Positions 29,211-39,607 of a stretch of 64,000 nt of DNA are shown here, piece after piece. The notes under the pieces were generated by a model. That model was given only the letters and a program-made list of their open reading frames with translations. It was not told the DNA's origin and made no database searches. Made by a program: the position numbers and the translations under genes. The stretch covers positions 1,025-65,024 of the forward strand of contig JABRVW010000042.1 of the NCBI GenBank assembly GCA_039961715.1, written 5' to 3'. Origin of the DNA: Ignavibacterium sp. (GTDB taxonomy: Bacteria; Bacteroidota; Ignavibacteria; UBA10030). Each line of letters begins with the position of its first letter. The first letter of the stretch is position 1.

Positions 29211-30029
29211 TTAATCCAGAAAAATGATCCCCAGCGTCCCCACAATTAAGCAATAAATCGAGAAAATGCTAAAACGCCCCTTTTCAATCACCCTGAGCAA
29301 GAAACGAATGGCCAGATAACCGGATGCAAAAGCTACTGCGGTTCCCGCAAGGATGGCTGCCATCCCGTCCCACTCGATTCCAGTGCGGACAATCCCGATT
29401 ACTTTGAGGAGCGTGGCGCCGGCGATAACGGGAATGGAGAGGAGGAAGGAAAAACGCGCCGACTTGACCGGCGAAATGCCGAGATACATGCCCACGCTGA
29501 TCGTGGATCCTGAGCGCGAGATGCCGGGGATGATCGCCATGGCTTGAGCGCAACCGATGAGGAGGCCTGAAAACAGGCCGACGGGTTTTCCATTGGGAGC
29601 CGGGGCCAGGCGCGTCAGAAAAAGCATAAGCCCCGTGACTACGAGCATCACCGCAACAAGCTTGGGATCTGTGAAGACTTCCGTGATCTGTTCTTCGAAG
29701 CGGATTCCGATGTACGCCGCCGGAATCGATCCAAGAATGATGAGGATCGCCAGGCGAAAATGTTCGTTTTCCTTGTATTGTCTCGGCGCCTGACGAATCC
29801 CCCCCAGCGCGTGAATGGTGGACTGAACGATCTCGCGGATATCCGTCCAGAGGGCCAGCACGACACTGAGCAGGGTCCCAAAATGCACAAAGACCTCGAA
29901 GGTGACATCCGTATTGACCGGAACATTCAGCAAGTGTTCCGTGAGAACGAGATGTCCGGAACTGCTGACGGGGAGGAATTCCGTCAATCCCTGCACTGCA
30001 CCGAGGATGATTGCCTGAAGAATGGTCAT
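29211..30029 (-). CDS. uppP: Undecaprenyl-diphosphate phosphatase
   Basis: [22 protein letters not shown] and [10 protein letters not shown] motifs. 272 aa, polytopic. Confidence 0.92.
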   Translation of the reverse strand: MTILQAIILGAVQGLTEFLPVSSSGHLVLTEHLLNVPVNTDVTFEVFVHFGTLLSVVLALWTDIREIVQSTIHALGGIRQAPRQYKENEHFRLAILIILGSIPAAYIGIRFEEQITEVFTDPKLVAVMLVVTGLMLFLTRLAPAPNGKPVGLFSGLLIGCAQAMAIIPGISRSGSTISVGMYLGISPVKSARFSFLLSIPVIAGATLLKVIGIVRTGIEWDGMAAILAGTAVAFASGYLAIRFLLRVIEKGRFSIFSIYCLIVGTLGIIFLD

Positions 30030-30048
30030 GAGGCTGTGATGGTGTTTG

Positions 30049-30708
30049 TTACCAGATGAACCCGACGCCGAATTTCAGGCCGACAGTGAACAGATCAAGA
30101 TCCGCAGCCGTTCCCGCGAACCGTGCCTCAGCGGCGCCCTCTTTGAACGTCCCTCCTCCAATCCATCGCATATCCACGCTGATGTGGGCGAAGAAATGGT
30201 CGTCGAACTTCGAGGAGCCTGCCATCTCCAGCTTGAGGCCCGCCCCCCGGGCGCGAAAGGTTCGTCCCACCGTGGACCCAAACAACTGCTCCTCCATCGT
30301 CCCCAATACCGGCCCGGCACCCCCTCCGATTTTGATTCTGGTTCGTTCGTCCCGAAAGACGTAGTGTACACAGAGGGAGGGGAGGTGCACCCTGAGAGAA
30401 ACGTTTGAACTTCCGCCGGAACTTTGGAGGGAGTAGGACTTGACCAAATACGCATATTCCAATCCGGCGGACCAATCCCGCACGATGCGGATTTCCGGCG
30501 CCACGGCAAATTCCACGGCGGAAGTGAACTCGTCCACCCGTTCAGCGGGTCCCGCAATGATTGTGAGATAATCCGCGATTGCGGGGGCGGACAACAGATC
30601 GACCCCCAACGAGGCCGAGATCCCAAACGCCTCGTTCTTCGCCGTTGCCTGGGCAACGGAGCCGCTCGACAGGGTGATGCACAACAGGAACGTGATCGCC
30701 GCCCTCAT
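30049..30708 (-). CDS. Small outer-membrane beta-barrel protein (hypothetical)
   Basis: The internal ATG gives MRAAITFLLCITLSSGSVAQA (signal peptide). 219 aa, ending ...GVGFIW. 4-nt overlap with the upstream gene. The longer 339-aa track ORF is a frame extension. Confidence 0.5.
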   Translation of the reverse strand: MRAAITFLLCITLSSGSVAQATAKNEAFGISASLGVDLLSAPAIADYLTIIAGPAERVDEFTSAVEFAVAPEIRIVRDWSAGLEYAYLVKSYSLQSSGGSSNVSLRVHLPSLCVHYVFRDERTRIKIGGGAGPVLGTMEEQLFGSTVGRTFRARGAGLKLEMAGSSKFDDHFFAHISVDMRWIGGGTFKEGAAEARFAGTAADLDLFTVGLKFGVGFIW

Positions 30709-31730
30709 GCCTCCTCCGCCGCGGAAGCTGAGACATCCGTGATCCGGAGATGATCCTTGACAAGGAAATAGGCACCGGTCACCGAGACGAGAATCACATT
30801 GAGCTCGTGCGTGACGATGGCAAAGCTCAGGGCAACGACATCGTCGATCCCATACAGCCGTGCGAGCGCAAAACGCAGAAAGGAGTGATAGGTGCCGAAC
30901 GCGCCCGGGACAGGAATAATGAAGGCGACGGAGCTGAGGGCAAGGAGCACCACGGCACCGCCGAACCCGGGATCCGCCGAGGCAATGTCCGGATAGGCGT
31001 AAAACGGCAGATACAGCGCTGCAGCATAGAGCCCCCAGATAACCAGGCTCAATGTGACAATGATCCAAAGATGCCTGGGTTCGGACGCGATGCGAAATCC
31101 CGAGGCGAAGCGGTCAAAGAAGACCTCCACGCGTGGCCGGGACCGTTGCGGCACAAAAACCAGAAGGAGCCGTACGGATCGGACCAGGGCCTCGCTCTTT
31201 AAAAACAGAGCGATGAAGAGCAGAAGGGAAATGACCGACCCTCCGAGGAACCAGGGACGAAGCGCGTCTGCATTGTCAAAAAACACGCCGAGCGTAGACG
31301 GCGAGGCAAACATGATGAGAGAGAGGAGGAAAGCGACGGCGACAAAATCGATGATGCGCTCCACCACCACACTTCCCAGGGCTGTGCTCTTGGAAATTCC
31401 TTCGAGGCGGCCGGCCACATAGGGGCGAACAAGCTCCCCCACCCGCGGGAGGACGTTATTGACCATATAACCGATCATGACTGCAGCGAACAGGTTGCGG
31501 ACCGACAACCCCTCCTTGACATGACCCAGCATGTATTTCCACCGCAACGCCCTGGCGTAGTGGCTGAGCAGACCTGAGGGAATAATCAAGGCGATCCATC
31601 CATAGCGAAGATTGCCGAGGGTACCCAGCAACTCCGCGAGGTTGATTCCCCGAAATGCCACGGCAAGAAATGTAGCCGCAAGGAGGACGCTCAGAACGGT
31701 TCGAAGGATGGACTTTGATCTCGGCGTCAT
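30705..31730 (-). CDS. Flippase-like (lysylphosphatidylglycerol-synthase TM region, UPF0104) membrane protein
   Basis: The polytopic pattern ...LRYGWIALIIPSGLLSHYARALRWKYML... is typical of this family. Confidence 0.65.
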   Translation of the reverse strand: MTPRSKSILRTVLSVLLAATFLAVAFRGINLAELLGTLGNLRYGWIALIIPSGLLSHYARALRWKYMLGHVKEGLSVRNLFAAVMIGYMVNNVLPRVGELVRPYVAGRLEGISKSTALGSVVVERIIDFVAVAFLLSLIMFASPSTLGVFFDNADALRPWFLGGSVISLLLFIALFLKSEALVRSVRLLLVFVPQRSRPRVEVFFDRFASGFRIASEPRHLWIIVTLSLVIWGLYAAALYLPFYAYPDIASADPGFGGAVVLLALSSVAFIIPVPGAFGTYHSFLRFALARLYGIDDVVALSFAIVTHELNVILVSVTGAYFLVKDHLRITDVSASAAEEA

Positions 31731-31788
31731 GCAGAAGCGTTGGCGTGGGACCGCCGGGGGGAGAGAGGCGCGTAATGACTTCGATTCA

Positions 31789-32430
31789 TCAGCGCAGATC
31801 CACGACATCAGTGCCCGCGGGAGCGGAGAAAGCGAACACGCTGTCAGCGACGGGGCTGTTCAGGGTCAATTCGTTGATGACGTAGGTTGTCACGGTTTCG
31901 TTCACATCCTCGATCTCCATGGAGCGTACAACCCAGGACGACATCTCCACCCACAGTTTGACAGATCGGATGAACGAAGCATCGTCCTTAGGCACCAGCT
32001 TCAGGATCACCTGCGATGGTTCCCCCTTCTTCTCCGTCCCCAGCACCGCCGCGTAGTAGGTCTCGGGCAGGCTTACAAGGAACTGTTCCGGCGAGATCGT
32101 GTTCCGGTTTTCCTTGTAGTGATCGATCACGACCTGCTTGTTGACCGGAGAATAGGCCCAGACCGTCCGGCCATCGGTCACCAGCGTCTGGTGTTCTGAT
32201 TCGATCCGGAACTTGTTGGGCTTTTTCATTTTCAGGGTTCCCGAGAACTCCTGCCGGATATTCGAAAAGCCAAACCTCACCTTCTGCGTAAACGTTGTGA
32301 CAACGGTTTCCATGGCATCAAACCGCTTCTTCATGCCTTCTGTGATGGTCCCCAGGGAGGGGTTCTGTTGTGCCACACCGGCATGAACGACGAACATCGC
32401 CACGACAAGGCCCGCCGCGACATTTCTCAT
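31789..32430 (-). CDS. lolA: Outer-membrane lipoprotein carrier protein LolA
   Basis: Signal peptide, F.Q.......G.L.....KFR......LV.DG...W.Y LolA pattern, and the conserved position immediately after ftsK. Confidence 0.7.
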   Translation of the reverse strand: MRNVAAGLVVAMFVVHAGVAQQNPSLGTITEGMKKRFDAMETVVTTFTQKVRFGFSNIRQEFSGTLKMKKPNKFRIESEHQTLVTDGRTVWAYSPVNKQVVIDHYKENRNTISPEQFLVSLPETYYAAVLGTEKKGEPSQVILKLVPKDDASFIRSVKLWVEMSSWVVRSMEIEDVNETVTTYVINELTLNSPVADSVFAFSAPAGTDVVDLR

Positions 32431-34853
32431 ACGAGATTCCTCAGCAACGATTCAAGTTCCGCCTCGGATTCCACAAGAACGTCACGCGCCTTGCTTCCGT
32501 CGAACGGGCCCACGACACCCGCTGCCTCCAATTCGTCCACCAGCCTCGCCGCCCGCGAGTATCCAACTTTAAGCCGGCGCTGGAGAAGCGACACAGAGCC
32601 CTGCTGGTGCCTGACGATGATCCGCGCGGCTTCTTCAAACAGTTCATCCCTGCTGCCATCCCCGGCCGCGCCTCCGGTTTTCTTCTTTTCGAACGCCGAC
32701 GGCAGGTACAGGGGCTGGCTGTACCCCTTCTGCCGGCCGATATGCGTCGTGATCCCCTCCACTTCTGCGGTTGAGATGAACGCATTCTGGATGCGGATGG
32801 GCTTGGGTGAACCAGGGGGAAAATACAGCATGTCTCCGTTACCCAGCAGTTGTTCGGCGCCATTCATGTCGAGGATGGTACGTGAATCGATCTTTGTCGC
32901 CACCTGGTAGGCAATGCGGGCGGGGAAGTTCGCCTTTATGACGCCCGTGATCACGTCGACCGAGGGACGCTGAGTCGCCAGGACCAAATGGATGCCCACA
33001 GCGCGCGCCAACTGGGCGAGCCGCGCGATGGGCTCTTCCACTTCCTTCGCGGCCGTAATCATGAGATCAGCGAGCTCATCGATCACGATGATCAGGTAAG
33101 GCAGCTTCCGATGCCGGATGGTTTCCGTGTCGTGCAGACGTCCGCTCTTGACCTTGTCGTTGTAATCGGCAATGTTGCGCACACCCGCCGCTGCGAGCCG
33201 GTCGTACCGCTTTTCCATCTCCAGCTCGACGCTCTTCAGAACGAGCACTGCGTTCTGCGGCGTCGTGATGATGTCTTCCTGAATGTCCGGCGAGACGGCG
33301 AGGTAGTGGTGCCGAAGCTGGCGGTACTGCGCAAGCTCGATCTTCTTCGGATCGATGATCACAAACTTTACGTCGCTTGGGTGAAGGCGATAGATCAGGC
33401 TCGAAAGGATTGTGTTGATGCCCACGCTCTTGCCGGATCCGGTCGCGCCGGCAATCAGCAGATGTGGCATGCGGGCAAGGTCGTCAATGTACACCTCTCC
33501 CGTAATCGTCTTCCCGAGTGCGAGCGGGAGCGCACCACGCGAGTCGCGGAACTTCGACGAGTTGATGACGCTGCGAATCGTCACAAGGCTCGGATGGTGG
33601 TTGGGAATCTCGACCCCCACTGTTCCCTTGCCCGGAATAGGAGCGATGATCCTGATGCCCTTTGCCTTCATCGCAAGCGCGATGTCGTCTTCCAGGCTCT
33701 CAATGCGGCTGATCTTGACACCGGTCGCCGGCACCAACTCGTAGAGCGTCACCACCGGTCCGGGAGTGACCGACACGCTGTCGATGGCGACGCCAAAATC
33801 GGCCAGCTTCGACCGCAAAAGCTCTGCATTTGCCTTTAATTCACCTTCATCAACCTGCTCGGCCGCCCGCACGGCATCGAGGAGATCCACGGAGGGAGGC
33901 ACAAAGTCGATCTCTTCCTCCGGTTGTTCTTCCTGCTTGCGCGCATCGAAGTCCACTTCTTCCTCGGTCACCGCCTCATGAATATCGAGCCGGAGCTCTT
34001 CACCGGTCTCCTGAGCCTCAGGCCGCATCTCCGGCCGCGGGGGCTCCTCAAAATCCGAGAACTTCAACGGCCCTGCGGCCTTCTGCTCGGTCATCGGCCG
34101 GCGGATCACCGGGGCAGGTTCCGGTTCGGGGGTCTTGATCTCCACTTTCGCCCGCCGTCTTCGTTCCAGACGCTGTCTGGAAGCGGCAAGAAAACTCCCT
34201 ATCGCCGACCCTGCATGATCCAACCATCCGGATGCCCTGACAAACGCGCTCCGCAGGCGTTCATAACTCTGGAGAACATCGATGTCGAAGAGCATGATCA
34301 GCGACGTTGCGATCAGGCCAATCAATACAAGGTACGTCCCAAACAGACCGATCAGATTGACAAGCACGCTCGCCAGAAAGTCGCCTGCAACGCCGCTCCA
34401 TTCCCCGGAGAGGATCGGAGAGTCGCCGGTCAGGCGGATTGCACCGCACAAGGCGGAGCAGAGAATGGCAAGGGCGAGGCAGTAGTTGGTAACGATCAGA
34501 AGAGGACGGACATCCCGGCGACGCAGGAGGGCGAGGGACCAGAGGATGCCCAGGACCGGAAGAAGAATAACCGCATACCCGATCGTCGAATTGATCAGGA
34601 CGTTGGAGACGAGCGCACCGAGGAGACCGAGAACGTTCGAAGTCTGCCGTGCCTGTTCCTGGACGGCGGGGTCGTTCGTAAAGACCTTCCAGAGGTCTCC
34701 GAAGCCCAGATCCCCCGCGGCCTGATCGGCGGCGCTGTACGACAGGAGGCTGAGGAGGAGCATGAACGAGACCAACACGCCCGCGAAGCTGACGAGCTGC
34801 GCGCGGCGGCTGGACTTCTTTTTGGGCGTCAACACGGCTCTCACATCATCCAT
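32427..34853 (-). CDS. ftsK: DNA translocase FtsK
   Basis: N-terminal TM helices, a Pro/Glu linker, LLIAGATGSGKSVGIN (Walker A), IVIDELADLM, and a C-terminal winged-helix gamma domain. I prefer the ATG at 34853, which has AAGGAGAGG upstream, over 34889. Confidence 0.92.
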   Translation of the reverse strand: MDDVRAVLTPKKKSSRRAQLVSFAGVLVSFMLLLSLLSYSAADQAAGDLGFGDLWKVFTNDPAVQEQARQTSNVLGLLGALVSNVLINSTIGYAVILLPVLGILWSLALLRRRDVRPLLIVTNYCLALAILCSALCGAIRLTGDSPILSGEWSGVAGDFLASVLVNLIGLFGTYLVLIGLIATSLIMLFDIDVLQSYERLRSAFVRASGWLDHAGSAIGSFLAASRQRLERRRRAKVEIKTPEPEPAPVIRRPMTEQKAAGPLKFSDFEEPPRPEMRPEAQETGEELRLDIHEAVTEEEVDFDARKQEEQPEEEIDFVPPSVDLLDAVRAAEQVDEGELKANAELLRSKLADFGVAIDSVSVTPGPVVTLYELVPATGVKISRIESLEDDIALAMKAKGIRIIAPIPGKGTVGVEIPNHHPSLVTIRSVINSSKFRDSRGALPLALGKTITGEVYIDDLARMPHLLIAGATGSGKSVGINTILSSLIYRLHPSDVKFVIIDPKKIELAQYRQLRHHYLAVSPDIQEDIITTPQNAVLVLKSVELEMEKRYDRLAAAGVRNIADYNDKVKSGRLHDTETIRHRKLPYLIIVIDELADLMITAAKEVEEPIARLAQLARAVGIHLVLATQRPSVDVITGVIKANFPARIAYQVATKIDSRTILDMNGAEQLLGNGDMLYFPPGSPKPIRIQNAFISTAEVEGITTHIGRQKGYSQPLYLPSAFEKKKTGGAAGDGSRDELFEEAARIIVRHQQGSVSLLQRRLKVGYSRAARLVDELEAAGVVGPFDGSKARDVLVESEAELESLLRNLV

Positions 34854-34866
34854 GATGGCCTCTCCT

Positions 34867-35625
34867 TCAGGCGGCGGTCTCGACGGCATCCTTCCGCAAC
34901 TTGATCACGGTCCCGCTCAGCACGGGGACGATGGGTATAGCATCGACCTCGGCGCAGAAGTCGATGTCCTTGGAAAACCCGATCTCGATCAGGTATTTCC
35001 CGTGATCGGTATTCTTCAGCATCTTCTTCACCGATCGTCCGAAACTCTTGTAGAGACTCAGAGCGGCTTGTGATGCGTCGGTGAGCACAACGTCGCCCCC
35101 TGCTTGATGATTCAGAAGGCTGTGAACGATCATGCCTGCGCAGACGCTGTCTTCCAGGCTGAATGCTCCTGTTGCCGGCGGCCGGCCGGCACAGAGCAGC
35201 AGGACATCCATATTCAAACCGCGGATATACTCAATGAGGGCCGACATGTTGACGAAGGCCCCGACAGCCATGGAACGCGCATAACGGCACTTCGCCATCG
35301 CCACGGATCCATTCGTTGTGCAGAAAATGATGGATTTGCCGCGCACCATGAGCTCGGTGTACTCCAGGGGGGAGTTGCCCAGATTGAAGCCCTGGATCAT
35401 CTTTCCGTTCCGCTCGCCGCCCCGGAGCGTGACATCTCCAAACAAACTGCCGGAGACCTTCACGGCAGATTCAATGCTGGCCACCGGGATCACTTCCCGG
35501 GCTCCGTTCTGCAGAGCTGCGATCACCGTGGTACTCGACCGCAGGACATCGATGACCACAACATGCTTGTCCCGGAGCTGCAACTCATCGACATGCGATT
35601 GCGAAAAATTCAGATCGATTTTCAT
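34867..35625 (-). CDS. comB: 2-phosphosulfolactate phosphatase family protein
   Basis: VVVIDVLRSSTTVIAAL..GA and GERNG....GF.LGNSP motifs. Confidence 0.8.
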   Translation of the reverse strand: MKIDLNFSQSHVDELQLRDKHVVVIDVLRSSTTVIAALQNGAREVIPVASIESAVKVSGSLFGDVTLRGGERNGKMIQGFNLGNSPLEYTELMVRGKSIIFCTTNGSVAMAKCRYARSMAVGAFVNMSALIEYIRGLNMDVLLLCAGRPPATGAFSLEDSVCAGMIVHSLLNHQAGGDVVLTDASQAALSLYKSFGRSVKKMLKNTDHGKYLIEIGFSKDIDFCAEVDAIPIVPVLSGTVIKLRKDAVETAA

Positions 35626-35640
35626 TGCAATTTCATGACG

Positions 35641-36729
35641 TCATGATGGTCGGATGAAAGGGACCTTCACAATGGTTGCCGGCACATCCTTGCCGCGAAT
35701 ATCTACGCCGACGGTCCGGCCCGGCGTGGCAAGATCGCGGGCAACGTATCCCATGCCGATTCCCCTCTGCAACACCGGCGAGAACGTTCCGCTGGTCACC
35801 GTTCCGACCACGGTGCCACCATCCTTCAGTGCATACCCGTGCCGTGCAAGGGTTTTCTCCGGAAGCGTGAACCCGACGAGCTTGCGCTTCACTCCATCCT
35901 CCTGCACTCTGACCAGGGCCTGCCGTCCGACAAAGTCCCCTTTATCCATCTTCGTGATCCATCCGAGCCCGGCCTCGAACGGATTGGTCGTTTGATCGAT
36001 ATCATTCCCGTAGAGGCAAAATCCCATCTCCAACCGCAGGGTATCCCGTGCTCCAAGACCGACGGGGGCAATGCCGAACCGCTTCCCCGATTCGAAAATG
36101 GCATCCCACACCGCCGCCGCCTTCGTTTCGTCAGCCTCGAAGTACAGCTCAAACCCGAGCTCTCCGGTGTACCCCGTCCTCGAGATCATCATCGGCACGC
36201 CTGCGACGGTGCCGGTCTGGAACCTGTAGTAGGCCAGTGAGCCGAGGTCGATCGAACAGAGGGGCTGAAGGGTCTCCAGAGATTTTGGTCCCTGTACCGC
36301 CAACAATGCCGTTCTGTCGCTTGCGTCCTCGAGCTTCACGTCTCCGCTGAGATGGCTTTGGAGCCAATCGTAGTCCTTTGCAATATTTGCCGCGTTGACG
36401 ACCAGCATGTAGAAGTCACCGCAGTGATACACCAGCAGGTCGTCCACGATACCGCCGTCTTCATACAGAATTGCCGAATACTGTGCCTTCCCCTGCTCAA
36501 GCTTTCTGATGTCATTGACGGTCATTTGCTGGAGGAATGTCGCCGCGTCACGTCCCCTGACTTCGAACTCGCCCATATGCGAGACGTCAAACACGCCGAC
36601 GGTTGACCGGACCGCTCGGTGTTCCTGCACGATCCCCGACGCATACTGCACAGGCATCTCAAAACCGGCAAACTCGATCAACTTCGCACCCGCTTGCACA
36701 TGTTTCGCATGGAACGGGGTCCGCTTCAT
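35641..36729 (-). CDS. gcvT: Glycine cleavage system aminomethyltransferase T
   Basis: [34 protein letters not shown] and [12 protein letters not shown]. Confidence 0.93.
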   Translation of the reverse strand: MKRTPFHAKHVQAGAKLIEFAGFEMPVQYASGIVQEHRAVRSTVGVFDVSHMGEFEVRGRDAATFLQQMTVNDIRKLEQGKAQYSAILYEDGGIVDDLLVYHCGDFYMLVVNAANIAKDYDWLQSHLSGDVKLEDASDRTALLAVQGPKSLETLQPLCSIDLGSLAYYRFQTGTVAGVPMMISRTGYTGELGFELYFEADETKAAAVWDAIFESGKRFGIAPVGLGARDTLRLEMGFCLYGNDIDQTTNPFEAGLGWITKMDKGDFVGRQALVRVQEDGVKRKLVGFTLPEKTLARHGYALKDGGTVVGTVTSGTFSPVLQRGIGMGYVARDLATPGRTVGVDIRGKDVPATIVKVPFIRPS

Positions 36730-37379
36730 TTCTTTCCGCCCTGAGTCTTCTTCCAGTCCGCAAGGAATCGTTCAAGTCCGATGTCGGTAAGCGGATGTTT
36801 GATGAGCTGGTCGATGACCTTGAACGGCATCGTGCAAATGTCGGCTCCGATCATCGCCGCGTCCACCACATGCACCGGATGACGGACGCTGGCCACGAGG
36901 ACCTGCGTTTCGAATCCGTAGTTCTGATAGATCGTCACGACCTGTCTGATCAGGTCCATGCCGTTTGTGCTGATATCGTCGAGCCGTCCGATGAACGGGC
37001 TGATGATATATGCTCCTGCCTTGGCCGCCATGAGCGCCTGATTGGGCGAGAAGCACAGCGTCACATTCGTTCGGATCCCTTCGGCTTTCAGGATCTTGAC
37101 CGCTTTCAGCCCTTCACGGATGAGGGGGATTTTTACCACGATGTTCTTATGGATCGCCGCCAACTCGCGGCCTTCCTTCAGCATTCCATCGCAGTCGGTC
37201 GAAACCACTTCGGCGCTGATATCGCCGTCCACAATCGCGCAGATCTCCTCGAGGAGCTTCCGGAAATCCCTGCCTTCTTTTGCCACCAGGCTCGGGTTGG
37301 TCGTCACTCCATCGAGGATCCCGAGGCTTGCCGCCTCCCTGATCTCCGCGATGCTTGCAGTGTCGATGAAGAACTTCAT
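36726..37379 (-). CDS. Fructose-6-phosphate aldolase / type 3B transaldolase
   Basis: [16 protein letters not shown]...[19 protein letters not shown] and [17 protein letters not shown]. Confidence 0.9.
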   Translation of the reverse strand: MKFFIDTASIAEIREAASLGILDGVTTNPSLVAKEGRDFRKLLEEICAIVDGDISAEVVSTDCDGMLKEGRELAAIHKNIVVKIPLIREGLKAVKILKAEGIRTNVTLCFSPNQALMAAKAGAYIISPFIGRLDDISTNGMDLIRQVVTIYQNYGFETQVLVASVRHPVHVVDAAMIGADICTMPFKVIDQLIKHPLTDIGLERFLADWKKTQGGKK

Positions 37380-37383
37380 GGAT

Positions 37384-39012
37384 TCAACCCTTGTACTGTT
37401 CTGTGATGTCGGTCCCGGATTTCACCGACGTGAACCGGAACTCGTCGGCGGGCATGCCCGGGTCGGCAACGAGCTTCACACGGACAAAGAACTTGAACTT
37501 GATCTTCGTGAGCCGCGAGATCGTCCCGTGAGTCAGAAACTCTGCGATCGAGGGATGAACCGTCAGAACAAGGCGGAACTCGCGCGATTCGGCCTTGAAA
37601 CGCCTGATCCACCGTTCAATCATATTGATGGTCGTCATTTTCGATTGCACAAGTCCGGTCCCGCCGCAGGTCGGGCAGGCCTCGCTGAAACTCAGGTGCA
37701 CTGCCTGGCGGATCCGCTGGCGCGTGATCTGCATAAGCCCGAATTCGGTCAGGGGAAGCACGGTCACCTTCGCCCGATCCCTCCGGAGCTCCTTCTTCAT
37801 TTCGTCGTACACTTTCTTCCTGTTCTTCTCCTCGTCGAGATCGATGAAGTCAATAATGATGATCCCGCCGATATCCCTCAGCCGGAGCTGACGGCAGATC
37901 TCCCGCGCGGCTTCGAGGTCCGTTCGGAGGGAGTTTTGCTCCTGCTCACGTTTGGCTGCGTACCGGCCACTGTTCACATCGATGACGGTCATAGCCTCCG
38001 TCTTCTCAATGATGATGTACCCTCCGCTCTTGAGCCACACCTTCTTCGAAAACAGGGTCTGAATATCCTTCTCAACGCCGTACTTGTCGAACACGGGCTC
38101 CCGGCCGCGATAGAGCTCGAGACGTCCGAGCATGTCGGGTGAGGTCCACTGCACGTAGGCACGTATTTCCTTGTAGAGCTTCTTGTCATCAACCACGACT
38201 CGTTCCACGTTGTCGGAAAACAGGTCACGGATCACGCTGGACGTCGTGTTCATGTCTTTGTACACGAGCGCCGGGGCCTGCTCGGTCTTCACGGACTTCT
38301 CGATGTCACGCCAGATCTTGACAAGCTCGTCGAGGTCCTGCTTGATCAGCTCTTCGCTCTTCGATTCCGCCACGGTTCTGATGATGGCCCCAAAACCTTC
38401 CGGGATGATGGAGCGGACGTACCGGCGCAGGCGGCGGCGCTCCTTGAAACTGTTCAGCTTCTTGGAAACCCCCACCTTGCCGTCGAAAGGCAGAAGGACC
38501 AGGAACCGCCCGGGGAGGGAGATCTCGGACGTGACGCGGACGCCCTTCTTTCCGACAGGCTCCTTGGTAATCTGAACGAGGATCTCCTGGCCCCGCTCGA
38601 GGTTGACTTCGCGTCGCCTGCGTTCTTCCTGCTGCCGTTGCTGGCGGGGCGGAGGTGGTACAACGGCCGTTTGGGGCTCAGCGCCCCCGTTCGAAGGGCC
38701 GGGAGCAGGCCCATCCCCACGGCCATCCGAGCCCTGGTCGTCCTCGTCGTCATCCTCGTCAAACAGAGCATTGTATTCGTGGAGGGATTCTCCAATATCG
38801 GAGAAATGCAGAAAGGCGTCCTGCTGAAGGCCGACGTTGATGAAGGCGGCCCGGATGCCGGGCATGACCTTGGCGACCTTTCCGAGGTAAATATCCCCCA
38901 CCATCCGCTCCTTGCCCGGAGTCTCGACAAAGAGCTCCGCCAGGCGGCCGTCTTCAAGAATGGCGATACGGTGTTCGCTCGCCGTGGAGTTGATAATAAT
39001 GTCTTTTTTCAT
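37384..39012 (-). CDS. rng: Rne/Rng-family ribonuclease (RNase G/E catalytic domain)
   Basis: [16 protein letters not shown]...GDIYLGKV (S1), DFIDL, and a CPTCGGTG zinc-link-like motif. Carries a low-complexity acidic/Pro-rich insert at about aa 84-135. Confidence 0.88.
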   Translation of the reverse strand: MKKDIIINSTASEHRIAILEDGRLAELFVETPGKERMVGDIYLGKVAKVMPGIRAAFINVGLQQDAFLHFSDIGESLHEYNALFDEDDDEDDQGSDGRGDGPAPGPSNGGAEPQTAVVPPPPRQQRQQEERRRREVNLERGQEILVQITKEPVGKKGVRVTSEISLPGRFLVLLPFDGKVGVSKKLNSFKERRRLRRYVRSIIPEGFGAIIRTVAESKSEELIKQDLDELVKIWRDIEKSVKTEQAPALVYKDMNTTSSVIRDLFSDNVERVVVDDKKLYKEIRAYVQWTSPDMLGRLELYRGREPVFDKYGVEKDIQTLFSKKVWLKSGGYIIIEKTEAMTVIDVNSGRYAAKREQEQNSLRTDLEAAREICRQLRLRDIGGIIIIDFIDLDEEKNRKKVYDEMKKELRRDRAKVTVLPLTEFGLMQITRQRIRQAVHLSFSEACPTCGGTGLVQSKMTTINMIERWIRRFKAESREFRLVLTVHPSIAEFLTHGTISRLTKIKFKFFVRVKLVADPGMPADEFRFTSVKSGTDITEQYKG

Positions 39013-39315
39013 AGGGACACATATTCCACCTCAGCCTCTGGCCTTGGGTGCAGCAGTGCAGGGATCCGGAACGAAGCGGAAGATGGCCCAGGGCGAGTGA
39101 GGGGGGGGCCGCCGGCGAGTTGGGCAACAATCTTTGTTTAGTCTCTTCCGATCGAAACGGATACTGCGCACACGGGCTTATCCATAAGCGCCAATGCGCA
39201 GGACTTTCGGTGAATCCTACCATAATGAGAATTGAGTGATTGAAAATGTCCGCATGCCATGGTCGGCGCGGACCTGAACCAGCGGACGACCCGGCCTTCC
39301 GGGCAGCGTCGGCTG

Positions 39316-39426
39316 AAAAACAAAGAGGTCAAGCTTCCCTGCGTCACACAAATCTCTTTGCCGACCGTTGCTTCCTTCCGGACCTGGCGGGGTTAAGCAA
39401 CGACTTGTTGCACAGGACTTGACCTC
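39316..39426 (-). ncRNA. ffs: Signal recognition particle RNA (small/4.5S type)
   Basis: The minus strand contains CCAGGUCCGGAAGGAAGCAAC, which is the near-invariant domain IV motif with the GGAA tetraloop. The 5' GAGGUCAAG pairs perfectly with the 3' CUUGACCUC to close a roughly 100-nt hairpin, followed by UUUGUUUUU. Ends are approximate. Confidence 0.78.
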
Positions 39427-39534
39427 AAACGGTGAAAAGTCTGTCAAAAGAAGCCTCTGAAAATCGTATTTGTCATTGGGGTATTGGGTATTCTCTGACA
39501 CCAGGTCCCAATAACCAACAATAAGCTCACTTTG

Positions 39535-39607
39535 TGGAGCTGATCGGGATCGAACCGACGACCTCTTCGTTGCGAACGAAGCGCTCTCCCAGCTGAGCTA
39601 CAGCCCC
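39535..39607 (-). tRNA. tRNA-Ala (anticodon CGC)
   Basis: Hand-folded cloverleaf: acceptor GGGGCUG/CAGCUCC with the G3:U70 Ala identity pair, D arm GCUC-AGCUGGGA-GAGC, anticodon arm CUUCG-UUCGCAA-CGAAG, T arm GUCGG-UUCGAUC-CCGAU, and A73. CCA is not encoded. Confidence 0.93.

Noticed and set aside
30709-31068. N-terminal 120 aa of the 339-aa track ORF (Cys/Arg/His-rich)
   Set aside because: It lies in an alternative frame of the flippase-like gene. The internal ATG at 30708 gives a proper signal peptide and a 4-nt coupled overlap.
36700-36760. Expected glycine riboswitch upstream of gcvT
   Set aside because: The gcvT start overlaps the stop of the fructose-6-phosphate aldolase gene by 4 nt, so there is no leader in which a riboswitch could sit.
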